From: Spirochaetia bacterium
GTDB taxonomy: Bacteria; Spirochaetota; Spirochaetia; SZUA-6; Bin103
Reading direction: 5' to 3'
DNA length: 64,000 nucleotides
NCBI GenBank assembly: GCA_965199955.1
Contig: CBDATQ010000001.1
Span: 960,001 to 1,024,000, forward strand
Shown here: positions 7,980 through 17,218 of the stretch, one piece after another
Layout of the letters: every line of letters starts with the position of its first letter
Numbering within the stretch: the first letter of the stretch is position 1
Program-made: the position numbers and the translations under genes
The notes under the pieces: generated by a model
What the model saw: only the letters and a program-made list of their open reading frames with translations
Told to the model about the DNA's origin: nothing
Databases searched by the model: none

Positions 7980-10466
7980 ATGGCGCAGACGATCGATCGT
8001 TTCCTGGAGGACGCGGCGCGCCGCTTCGAGGAGCGGCCGGCGCTGTCGTTCAAACCGGGCTTCCGCTACCTGCACTGGAGCTACCGGGACGTCTGGGAGG
8101 GCGCCGGCCGCGTCGCGTCGCTGCTGCAGCAGCGCGGGGTCGCCAAGGGCGACCGCGTGATCGTCTGGGGGCCGAACTCCCCGCACTGGGTGCTCGCCTA
8201 CTTCGGCATGATCCGCGCCGGCGCCATCGTCGTGCCGCTGGACATGCGCTCGACGGCGGAGTTCGCCGAGCAGGTGCGCGCCAAGACCGATCCGACAGCC
8301 GCCTTCGTGTCGCGGCTCACGCCGCCGGAGCACGAGGCCATGGGGCTGCCCGCGATCTACTTCGAGGAGCTGGAGGAGCAGAGCTACCCCCTCGGCGAGC
8401 CGCGGCCGGTGGAGCTCGCCGGCGAGGACCTGGCCGAGATCATGTTCACCTCCGGCACCACCGGCGACGCCAAGGGGGTGATGCTCACCCACGGCAACCT
8501 GCTGTCCAACCTGGAGTCGGTCCTCAAGGTCATCCCCGGCGACCCGTCGCTGCGCCTGCTGTCGCTGCTGCCGCTCAGCCACATGTTCGAACAGATGGGG
8601 TCGCTGTTCTCGGCGTTCAGCTTCGGGGCGAACATCACCTTCGCCACCAGCCGGCAGCCGTCGGTCCTGCTGAAGCTGATGCAGGAGCGCAGGATCACGA
8701 TGATGCTGCTGGTGCCGCAGGCGCTCGACCTGTTCATGAAGGGCATCGAGCGGGAGGTGGTCAACCGCGGCAAGGAGCGGGTGTGGGAGCTGTCGCAGAA
8801 GCTGGCCCGCAACTTGCCGGTGGGGCTGCGCCGGCGCGTGTTCGGCCAGATCCACGCCCGCTTCGGCGGCAGCCTGCGGACCATCGTCTCCGGCGGCGCC
8901 GCCCTGGACCGGACGCTGGGCGAGAAGTGGAACCTGATCGGCATCAATGTCCTGCAGGGCTACGGCGCCACCGAGGCGTCGCCGGTGATCAGCACCCACC
9001 CGCTGGACGATCCCCGCTTCGACTCGGTGGGCAGGCCGGTGCCGGGCGTCGACGTGCGCATCGCCGACGACGGCGAGATCCTGGTGCGCGGGCCGAACAT
9101 CACGCAGGGCTACTGGCAGGCGCCGGAGCAGACGGCGCGCGCCTTCGACGGGGAGTGGTACAAGACCGGCGACCAGGGCTTCCTGGACGCGGAAGGATAC
9201 CTCCATATCAAGGGCCGCAAGAAGGACATGATCGTCCTGGCCGACGGGCGCAATGTCTATCCCGAGGACGTGGAGGAGGTACTGAAGGCCGCCCCCGCGG
9301 TCACCGACGCGACCGTGGTCGGGCTCGACGCCGACGGCGGACCGCAGGTACACGCGGTCTTCCTGCTGGAGGAGCCGGAGGAGGCCTCCGCCATCGTCAG
9401 GCGCGCCAACGAGCGGCTGGGCGAGCACCAGCGCATCCGCGGCTTCACCGTGTGGCCGGAGGCGGACTTCCCGCGCACCCATACGCTCAAGGTCAAGAAG
9501 GCGGTGGTCATCGAGGCGCTGAGCGGGGGCGCGGGCGACGCCGAGGGGCCTTCGGCCAAGCGGTCCAAGGCCGCCGCGGACGGGGATCCCGGCGAGCGGC
9601 TGGTGCGGCTGGTGTCCGAGGTGAGCGGCGTCCCGCAGGAGCAGCTCCTGCCGGAGAAGAGCCTGGGCGGCGACCTCGACCTGGACTCCCTCAAGCGCGT
9701 CGAGCTGCTGTCCGTGATCGAGCAGGAGCTGGGCGTCTACATCGACGAGTCGCTGGTCGGCTCCAACACCACGTTCGGCGAGCTGCTCCGGCTGTTGCGC
9801 TCGCAGGAGGAGGCGAAGGCGGCGCTGCCGCCGTTCTACACGTGGCCGCTCTCGATCTGGTTCGCGGCGGTGCGCGAGGCGGTGTTCCGGCTGGTACTCA
9901 CGCCCGTGCTGAGCTTCGTGTACCGGGTGCGGGTACAGGGCCGCGAGCACCTGCGCGACCTGTCCGGCGCCGTGCTGTTCGCGGCCAACCACAACGCCAT
10001 CCGCATGGACAGCCTGGTGCTGATCAAGGCCACGCCGCGGCGCTGGCGGCGCCAGCTCGCCTTTGCCGCCGCCGCGGAGATCACCTTCGGCAACCGCTGG
10101 CGGGGGATCCTGGCCGCGCTGGTCGCCAACGCCTTTCCGCTCTCACGCGAGAGCGCCGTCCGCGCCAGCCTGCAGCACATGGGCCGGCTGATGGACGAGG
10201 GCTGGAGCGTCGTGCTCTTTCCCGAGGGCGAGCAGCGGCTCGGCCAGCCCATGCTGCCGTTCCAGAGCGGCACCGGCATGCTCGGCGTCGAGTCGCGCAC
10301 CCCGGTCGTCCCCGTGCACATCGTCAGGGAGCGGGCGCGCGGGATCCTGCCCGGATCGTGGCGGGCGCGCGTGTCGGTCCGCTTCGGCGCGCCGCTGATC
10401 TTTCCGCCGGGGACCTCGTACATCGACGCGACGCAGGCCATCGAGGACGCGGTCAAGGCGCTCTGA
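7980..10466 (+). CDS. AMP-dependent acyl synthetase - acyl carrier protein - lysophospholipid acyltransferase fusion
   Basis: FTSGTTGDAKG, GYGATE, YKTGD, KGRKKD, TLKVKK (adenylation); LDSLKRVEL (ACP Ser); ANHNAIRMD and FPEG (LPLAT). Confidence 0.9.
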   Translation: MAQTIDRFLEDAARRFEERPALSFKPGFRYLHWSYRDVWEGAGRVASLLQQRGVAKGDRVIVWGPNSPHWVLAYFGMIRAGAIVVPLDMRSTAEFAEQVRAKTDPTAAFVSRLTPPEHEAMGLPAIYFEELEEQSYPLGEPRPVELAGEDLAEIMFTSGTTGDAKGVMLTHGNLLSNLESVLKVIPGDPSLRLLSLLPLSHMFEQMGSLFSAFSFGANITFATSRQPSVLLKLMQERRITMMLLVPQALDLFMKGIEREVVNRGKERVWELSQKLARNLPVGLRRRVFGQIHARFGGSLRTIVSGGAALDRTLGEKWNLIGINVLQGYGATEASPVISTHPLDDPRFDSVGRPVPGVDVRIADDGEILVRGPNITQGYWQAPEQTARAFDGEWYKTGDQGFLDAEGYLHIKGRKKDMIVLADGRNVYPEDVEEVLKAAPAVTDATVVGLDADGGPQVHAVFLLEEPEEASAIVRRANERLGEHQRIRGFTVWPEADFPRTHTLKVKKAVVIEALSGGAGDAEGPSAKRSKAAADGDPGERLVRLVSEVSGVPQEQLLPEKSLGGDLDLDSLKRVELLSVIEQELGVYIDESLVGSNTTFGELLRLLRSQEEAKAALPPFYTWPLSIWFAAVREAVFRLVLTPVLSFVYRVRVQGREHLRDLSGAVLFAANHNAIRMDSLVLIKATPRRWRRQLAFAAAAEITFGNRWRGILAALVANAFPLSRESAVRASLQHMGRLMDEGWSVVLFPEGEQRLGQPMLPFQSGTGMLGVESRTPVVPVHIVRERARGILPGSWRARVSVRFGAPLIFPPGTSYIDATQAIEDAVKAL

Positions 10467-10484
10467 GGTTCGGGCTGCGACGGG

Positions 10485-10577
10485 CCGCACGGCGGCCATG
10501 AAGGCGCCATCGTAGCTGCTGTCCCTCTCGGCAAACGCCGCGAGCATCGCGTGGTGCGGAGGAGTCGTGGGAGCCAT
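10485..10577 (-). pseudogene. N-terminal remnant of an Ada-type metal-binding domain
   Basis: 'AMLAAFAERDSSYDGAFMAAVR' resembles Ada N-terminus (RDxxyDGxFxxAVxTTGIxC) but similarity ends before the Cys ligands; ATG has TACGGT 6 nt upstream. Confidence 0.55.
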
Positions 10578-10675
10578 GAGCCAACCGTAATCGGGGGCGG
10601 AGCATCGCGGCCACCGCAGAATGAACGGCAAGTCGGCCGTCTTCGTTCGATGGACGCTGCGCTATCGTAGGCGTC

Positions 10676-12778
10676 ATGGCCGAGGCACTTCCTTTCAGGA
10701 CCGCGCCGCACCCGTTTCCGGTCGGCACCGAGTACTACCGTGCGCCGATGCCGCCGCAGGAGTTCTGGGACCGGGACTTCGCGGCGATCCGCGCCGCGGG
10801 CATGCGCATCGTGCGCACCTTCTCCTACTGGAACTGGATGGAGCCGGCGCCCGGCCGCTTCGAGCTGGACGACTTCGACCGCTTCTTCGAGCAGGCCGCC
10901 CGTCACGACCTGCTGGTCTGGTTCGACCTGACGCTGGCCACTCACGGGGCGTGCCCGGACTGGCTGTTGCGCGAGCACCCCGACATCCGCCAGGTGCGGC
11001 CCGACGGGACGCCCCTGCATCCCGACTCCACCAACGCCATGCCGCAGGGAAGGATGATCCACTGCTACGACCATCCGAAGTGGCGGGAGTACGGCGAGCG
11101 GCTGCTGCGCACCGTGGTGGGACGCTACCGCGACCGCGAGAACCTGCTGATCTGGGGCGTATGGGACGGCGCGTCGTTTCCGACGACCGACGGCCCCGTC
11201 TGTCCCTGCTACTGCGCCAGCACCCTTGCCCGCTACGCCGCGTGGCTCAAGCGCCGCTACACCCTGGAGCAGCTCAACGAGCGGCTGCACCGCCGCTACC
11301 GCTGCTGGGAGGACGTGGCGCCGCCGCGCAACTCCCGCAACGTGGTGGAGATACTGCTCTACCGGCAGTTCCACGTGGAGAACCTGGCCGAGGCGCTGCG
11401 CTGGCAGGTGCAGGTGATCCGGGAGCTGGACGACCGCCACGAGTTGCGTGCGCACGGCGCGAACATGCCGCGCCCCTTCGACCAGTCCTGCGCGCGCGAG
11501 GTGGACAGTTGGGGCATGTCCATGCCCTCCAACGAGCTGCTGACGGGGCCCGACCCCTTGCGGATCGCCGAACGCTGCTTCAGCTTCGACTGGTCGCGCG
11601 CCATCGGCCGCGGCGGCCGCTGGTGGAACGAGGAGATCTACGCCGGCATGAGCCCGGCCGGCGTCACCTGGAAGCCGCAGTCGCACCCCGCGGAGGTGAC
11701 CTCGCTCCTGTGGCTGAGCCTCATCCACGGCGCCGCCGGGGCGATGTTCTGGCAGTACACGCCGGAGTACCTGAGCTTCGAGGCGCCGGGCTACTGCCTG
11801 ACCGCGCCGGACCGGGCGCCGACCGGACGCCTGCATGCCGTGCGCCGGGCGCTCGCGGACATCGACCGCATCGCCTGCCACCTGCCGCTGCACGTCCCGG
11901 ACCCCGCGGCGGGGGGCGCGGAGGTGGCAATCCTCTACAGCGGCCCGAGCGCGGAGATCTTCCTCTACAACGGCGAGCAGCAGAGCTACCTCGACGGTCT
12001 CCTGGGTCTCTACCGCACGCTGTGGGCGCACGGTATCCCGGCCGACGTGATCACCAGCGAGCATGACTGGTCCCCGTACCGCGTGGTCTGGCTGCCGAAC
12101 ACGGCGCTGCTGGACGCGGCGACGGTGGAGCGGGTCGCCGGTGCCGTGGCGCGGGAGGCGGGGCCGTGCGTGGTGGCGGACGGCAACCTGGGCTCCTACG
12201 CGGAGAACGGCCGCTTCAGCTACGCGCCGCCGGAAGGCTTGGCCGAGCTGCTGGGCGTTCGCGTCGCCGATTACGACCGTTTCACGCCGGGACGCGCCGG
12301 CAGCGGCGTGCTGTCGGGCGCGTTCGGGCACCTGGTCGTCCCGGAGCCGGTCGGCCACGCGATCCTGGAGCCGGCCGGGGACAGCCGCGTGCTGGCCAGG
12401 CTGGACGGCGCCGTGGTCGGCGTGGAGCGCGCCGACCGCCGCCTGGCGTGGCTCGCCCTGTCGCCGGCGACCGCGTTCGGCGGCACGATGCCCGCATCGC
12501 TGGTGCTGCCGATGCTCGCCTGCCGCGGGGTGCGCCCACCGGTCGCGGTCGCAGGCGATCGCATTGTGCCGCTGCGGCGCCGTTCGCTGACCGGCCGGGA
12601 CCTGCTGTTCCTGCTCAACCCCTCCCTGCGGCACGCCTCCGGGCGGGTCACGCCGTCGTGGCCGATCACGCGCGCCATCGACCTGCTCGCCGCGCACGAC
12701 GGGGATCTGGAGGTCGCCGCGGGCGGCTTCGACCTGGCGTTCGAGCCGGGTTCGGTGCGCGTGGTGTCCGTCGATTGA
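10676..12778 (+). CDS. GH42-like beta-galactosidase family protein
   Basis: GTEYY..WDRDFAAIRAAGMRIVR..WNWMEPAPGRF, CPCYC metal motif, C-terminal trimerisation-like domain. Confidence 0.85.
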   Translation: MAEALPFRTAPHPFPVGTEYYRAPMPPQEFWDRDFAAIRAAGMRIVRTFSYWNWMEPAPGRFELDDFDRFFEQAARHDLLVWFDLTLATHGACPDWLLREHPDIRQVRPDGTPLHPDSTNAMPQGRMIHCYDHPKWREYGERLLRTVVGRYRDRENLLIWGVWDGASFPTTDGPVCPCYCASTLARYAAWLKRRYTLEQLNERLHRRYRCWEDVAPPRNSRNVVEILLYRQFHVENLAEALRWQVQVIRELDDRHELRAHGANMPRPFDQSCAREVDSWGMSMPSNELLTGPDPLRIAERCFSFDWSRAIGRGGRWWNEEIYAGMSPAGVTWKPQSHPAEVTSLLWLSLIHGAAGAMFWQYTPEYLSFEAPGYCLTAPDRAPTGRLHAVRRALADIDRIACHLPLHVPDPAAGGAEVAILYSGPSAEIFLYNGEQQSYLDGLLGLYRTLWAHGIPADVITSEHDWSPYRVVWLPNTALLDAATVERVAGAVAREAGPCVVADGNLGSYAENGRFSYAPPEGLAELLGVRVADYDRFTPGRAGSGVLSGAFGHLVVPEPVGHAILEPAGDSRVLARLDGAVVGVERADRRLAWLALSPATAFGGTMPASLVLPMLACRGVRPPVAVAGDRIVPLRRRSLTGRDLLFLLNPSLRHASGRVTPSWPITRAIDLLAAHDGDLEVAAGGFDLAFEPGSVRVVSVD

Positions 12779-12888
12779 GGTCGATGGATCGACTGAATCG
12801 GTAGCCCGGCTTAACCGTCGATTAACGTCGTATGAATGACGTTCGCGCCAGGTAGCCTGTTGTTCGGGGCCGGCCCTACATTCGGGGC

Positions 12889-13596
12889 ATGCCCGCCGTA
12901 TCGATCTCCGACGTACGCAAGATCTATCCGCTCGGCAAGACGGAGGTTCATGCCGTCAACGGCGTGAGCTTCGAGATCGATGAGGGGGACTTCGTCTCCA
13001 TCGCCGGGCCGTCCGGGTCCGGCAAGACCACGATCCTGAACATGATCGGCTGCATCGACACCCCCACGTCGGGGACCGTGCGCGTCATGGAAACCGATAC
13101 GGCCGGCCTGACCGACCGCGCGGTGACCGACCTCCGCCACCAGGTGCTAGGCTTCATCTTCCAGTCGTTCAACCTGATCCCGGTGCTGGACGTGACCGAG
13201 AACGTGGAGTTCCCGCTGCTGATCGGCCACGCACGGGTGCCGAAGGCGCAACGGGCCGACTGGGTCCGCTACCTGATCGACGCCGTGGGGCTGGACGAGC
13301 ACCGCGACCACCGCCCCGCCGAGCTGTCCGGCGGCCAGCGCCAGCGGGTGGCGATCGCCCGTGCCCTGGCCAACAAGCCGCGCATCGTGCTGGCCGACGA
13401 GCCGACCGCCAACCTCGACTCGGAGACCAGCGAGCAGATCATCGAGTTGATGAAGCGCATGAACGCGGAGCTCGGCACGACGTTCATCTTCTCCACCCAC
13501 AAGCCGGCGATCGTCGACATCGCCGACCACGTCATCCGTCTGCGCGACGGAGTGATCACCGCGGATTTCAGGACGGAAGCGGAGCCCGCGGCGTGA
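12889..13596 (+). CDS. ABC transporter ATP-binding protein (LolD/MacB-like)
   Basis: GPSGSGKT, LSGGQRQR, LADEPTANLD. Confidence 0.95.
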   Translation: MPAVSISDVRKIYPLGKTEVHAVNGVSFEIDEGDFVSIAGPSGSGKTTILNMIGCIDTPTSGTVRVMETDTAGLTDRAVTDLRHQVLGFIFQSFNLIPVLDVTENVEFPLLIGHARVPKAQRADWVRYLIDAVGLDEHRDHRPAELSGGQRQRVAIARALANKPRIVLADEPTANLDSETSEQIIELMKRMNAELGTTFIFSTHKPAIVDIADHVIRLRDGVITADFRTEAEPAA

Positions 13597-15065
13597 GCGT
13601 CGTCTGGCGCATCGCGGTCCGCAACCTGCAGGAGCACCGCGCCAAGAGCCTGATCGTCGGCACGATCATCCTGATCGGCACCTTCGTGCTGGTGGTGGGC
13701 AACTCGCTGATGGACTCGGCCGCTGCCGGCATCCGGCGGTCGTTCATCGACAACTTCACCGGCCACCTGGTGCTGGCCGGCGTCGCGGACGCGCCGGTCA
13801 GCCTGTTCGGCGTCCGCAGCACCGACTTCCTCAACAACCGCACCCCGCGCCTGGACGGCTACGAGCAGCTCCTGCAGGCGGTCGCCGACCACCCGGACGT
13901 AACCGCCTGGAGCCCGCAGGCGAGCGACGCCGCCACCGTGAACCTGGCGGGAGAGGACGGGACGTCGCTCGGGGAGTCGTTCACGCAGCTCTGGGGCATC
14001 GAGCCGGCGCGCTACCGGGAGGCGTTCCCGGACGCGGCCGAGCTGATCGCGGGCTCGCTCCTGGAGCCGGACCAGGTGGGGCTGGTCCTGTCGGAGGAGG
14101 TCGCCACCGACCTCGGCGAATCGGCCGAACGGGAGATCCGCCCCGGCGACCGCCTGCTGCTGACGGCCACCACGGACGCTGGCATCAAGGTGCGCGAGGT
14201 GCCGGTCACCGGCATCTTCCGGTTCCGCAACGCCCTGCCACAACTCGACTTCGTGTCGTTCGTGGACATCACGACCCTGCGCACGCTGACCGGCATGACC
14301 GTGTCGGCACCGGCGGAGCAGATCCTGACCGACGAGCAGGTCGCGCAGCTCGGCGCCGTGGACGAGGACGACCTGTTCGGGGGCGGGGACGCGGGCAGCC
14401 TGGTGGAGAAGGTCTCCACCGGCATGGACGCGCCGGTGCTGCTGGACCTCGGCGGACGCGAGGAGACCGTGGTCGACTCCGGCGCCTGGCACTTCCTGCT
14501 GCTCAAGCTGCGCCGTCCGGGGGCGGCCGAGCGCGTGACCGGGGATCTGGAGCGGCTCATCGCCGAGGGCGACCTCAACGCGCAGGTGCTGGACTGGCGC
14601 ACGGCCGGCGCGCCGGTGTCGCAGCTCTCCGACGGGTTCAAGATCGTCTTCAACGTCGTGATCATCGTCATCGCCGTGGTCGCCGTGATCATCATCATGA
14701 ACACGCTGGTGATCTCGGTGACCGAGCGCATCAGCGAGATCGGCACCATGCGCGCGATCGGCGCGCGCAAGGGGTTCGTGCGGCGCATGATCGGCGCGGA
14801 GACGATCACGGTGGCATTCGTCTTCGGCGCCGCCGGCGTCCTGCTCGGGCTGGTGCTCCTGTTCATCCTGGGCGCCACCGGCATCCCCGCCTCCAACCTG
14901 TTCCTGCGCATCCTGTTCGGGGGCGAGGTGCTCAGGCCCGAAATCTCGCCCGGCTCGGTGGCGTTTTCGCTGGTCATGGTCGCGGCGATCGCCCTGGTCT
15001 CGAGCCTGTATCCGCTCGCGGTCGCGCTGCGCGTCTCGCCGCGGCAGGCGATGGGCGTCGACTGA
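13593..15065 (+). CDS. FtsX/MacB-family ABC permease
   Basis: WRIAVRNL, TM, large periplasmic domain, ERISEIGTMRAIG. Confidence 0.9.
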   Translation: MSVVWRIAVRNLQEHRAKSLIVGTIILIGTFVLVVGNSLMDSAAAGIRRSFIDNFTGHLVLAGVADAPVSLFGVRSTDFLNNRTPRLDGYEQLLQAVADHPDVTAWSPQASDAATVNLAGEDGTSLGESFTQLWGIEPARYREAFPDAAELIAGSLLEPDQVGLVLSEEVATDLGESAEREIRPGDRLLLTATTDAGIKVREVPVTGIFRFRNALPQLDFVSFVDITTLRTLTGMTVSAPAEQILTDEQVAQLGAVDEDDLFGGGDAGSLVEKVSTGMDAPVLLDLGGREETVVDSGAWHFLLLKLRRPGAAERVTGDLERLIAEGDLNAQVLDWRTAGAPVSQLSDGFKIVFNVVIIVIAVVAVIIIMNTLVISVTERISEIGTMRAIGARKGFVRRMIGAETITVAFVFGAAGVLLGLVLLFILGATGIPASNLFLRILFGGEVLRPEISPGSVAFSLVMVAAIALVSSLYPLAVALRVSPRQAMGVD

Positions 15066-16405
15066 TGCGCAGCCTGCTCCGCATCGCCTTCCGCAACACC
15101 GGCCGCCAGAAGAAGCGCACCCTGCTGCTGGCCGGCGCGATCGCGTTCGGCGTGGTCGTGGTGACCCTGCTCAACGGGTTCACCGGCGGGGCGTCGCGCA
15201 ACATCGAGCGGGTGCTCACCGACCTGATCGGCGGCCACGTGTACGTCAGCGGCACGGAGCTCACCGACTCGCGGCTGATCATCAACGTCATCCGCGATTG
15301 GGAGGGCGGAGACTCGTCGCTCGCGGACGTGGTCGCCGAGGTGGAGGGACAGATCGCCGATCTGAACCGGCGCAGCCGTACGCTCGGGACGCTGATCTTC
15401 GGCTCCAAGCAGACCAACCAGTTCCTCGACGGCGTGGACTGGCACGGCGAGGCGAGCTTCTTTCCGAGCCTGTCGCTGACGGCCGGATCGCTGCCGGGTC
15501 CGGACGAGCGCAACGCGCTGATCCTGCCGGAGGCCGCCGCCGAGCGGCTGCGCGTCGAGGTCGGCGACCAGGTCCTGGTGCGCGTCGCCACGGTCACCGG
15601 CCAGCAGAACGTCGGCGAGCTGGTGCTGGCCGCCACCATCGAGGACTCCGGGATCACGGCCTTCTCCTCGGCTTTCGTCCGCCTGGACTACATGGGCGAG
15701 CTGATCGGCACCGGCGCCGGCGAGTTCCAGGTCCTGAACCTGTACCTGCGCGACCCGCGGCAGGCGAACCGCGTGGCCGAGGTGCTGCGCGCGCGGCTGC
15801 CGACCGCTCCGGAAGACGAGCAGGAAGAGGTGAGCGGACAGCCGCCGGGGACTCCCGGGGCGCTCGGCGCGGGCGTCAACCGGCTGGCCGACGACGAGGA
15901 GCCGTGGGAGGGCACGCGCTACGAGATCACGACCCTGGACGACATCCTGGATCAGGTCTCGGACCTGTTCGGCGTGCTGGACATCGTCAGCCTGGTGGTG
16001 TTCCTGATCCTGCTGACGATCACCATGGTCGGGGTCGTCAACACGTTCCGGATGGTGCTGCTGGAGCGCATCCGGGAGATCGGCACCATGCGCGCCGTCG
16101 GCATGCAGGGCCGCTCGGTGCGCGGCATCTTCCTCATGGAGGCCGGCTTCATCGGCCTGATCGGCGCGCTCATCGGGCTGGTGCTGGCCGGCATCGCCAT
16201 GCTGGTCCTGGGCCAGCTCACCCTGGACACCGACTCGCCGCTGCAGTTCTTTCTGAACGACGGCCGGATCACCTTCGCGGTGCCGCCCCGGTCGGTGGTC
16301 ACCAACGTGGCGATCCTGCTGGTCCTGAGCCTGCTTGCCGCCTTCATTCCCGCGCGCCGCGCGGCCCGCATGGAGCCGGCGGCGGCGCTGCGAAGCTCGG
16401 CATGA
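15065..16405 (+). CDS. FtsX/MacB-family ABC permease
   Basis: IAFRN, ERIREIGTMRAVG, PARRAARMEP. Confidence 0.9.
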   Translation: MRSLLRIAFRNTGRQKKRTLLLAGAIAFGVVVVTLLNGFTGGASRNIERVLTDLIGGHVYVSGTELTDSRLIINVIRDWEGGDSSLADVVAEVEGQIADLNRRSRTLGTLIFGSKQTNQFLDGVDWHGEASFFPSLSLTAGSLPGPDERNALILPEAAAERLRVEVGDQVLVRVATVTGQQNVGELVLAATIEDSGITAFSSAFVRLDYMGELIGTGAGEFQVLNLYLRDPRQANRVAEVLRARLPTAPEDEQEEVSGQPPGTPGALGAGVNRLADDEEPWEGTRYEITTLDDILDQVSDLFGVLDIVSLVVFLILLTITMVGVVNTFRMVLLERIREIGTMRAVGMQGRSVRGIFLMEAGFIGLIGALIGLVLAGIAMLVLGQLTLDTDSPLQFFLNDGRITFAVPPRSVVTNVAILLVLSLLAAFIPARRAARMEPAAALRSSA

Positions 16406-16456
16406 GCTGCGCAGCACGGTCCCGTGGAAACGACTAACTTCTCTGGAGGAAACACC

Positions 16457-17218
16457 ATGACCATCCGACGTTTCGCGATAGCGTTCCTGTTCGCTGCCGG
16501 ACTGCTCACCGGCCCCGGCTTGCGGGCCACCGACGTCGACGTGCAGTCGCTGCTTGCCGAGATCGACCGGCAGCGCACCTTCGGCGACCAGGACTTCACG
16601 GCGGTCATGACCATGATTTCCGAAGACCCCGAGGACGGCGTCGAGCGCCTGGTCGTGCAGCAGTTCCGGCGGGATGCCGACGACGCGTTCCTGATCCTGT
16701 TCCGCGACCCGGCGGTCCAGCGCGGCCAGGGCTACCTGCGCCAGGGGGACAACCTGTGGTTCTACGATCCGGAGAGCCGCAAGTTCTCGCACACGTCGCT
16801 GAAGGAGGCGTTTCAAGGCACCGACGCGCGCAACTCCGACTTCGGCGAGGTCAGCTTCTCCGAGGACTACGCCGTGCGCGAGATCGACGAGGGTACGCTG
16901 GGCAAGTACGCGGTGTACGTGCTGGACCTGCAGGCGACCAGCGACGAGGTGACCTATCCGTTCCTGAAGGCGTGGGTCACGCGCGAGGGCAGCCTGGTGC
17001 TCAAGACCGAGGACTACAGCCTGACCGAGCGGCTGATGCGCACCTCCTTCTATCCGCGCTACGCCCGCGTCGGTGACTCGGTGGTGCCGACCGAGATGAT
17101 CTTCGTCGACGAGCTGGTCGAGGGAAAGAAGACGCGGATCAGCATGAGCGACCTGTCCGACGCGGCGATCCCGGACTCGGTGTTCACCAAGGCCTACGTC
17201 GAGCGGGCTAACCGGTGA
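16457..17218 (+). CDS. LolA-like outer membrane lipoprotein-sorting protein
   Basis: Signal peptide; 'GQGYLRQGDNLWFYDP..FQGTDARNSDF..IPDSVFTKAYVER'; GGAGG RBS. Confidence 0.8.
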   Translation: MTIRRFAIAFLFAAGLLTGPGLRATDVDVQSLLAEIDRQRTFGDQDFTAVMTMISEDPEDGVERLVVQQFRRDADDAFLILFRDPAVQRGQGYLRQGDNLWFYDPESRKFSHTSLKEAFQGTDARNSDFGEVSFSEDYAVREIDEGTLGKYAVYVLDLQATSDEVTYPFLKAWVTREGSLVLKTEDYSLTERLMRTSFYPRYARVGDSVVPTEMIFVDELVEGKKTRISMSDLSDAAIPDSVFTKAYVERANR

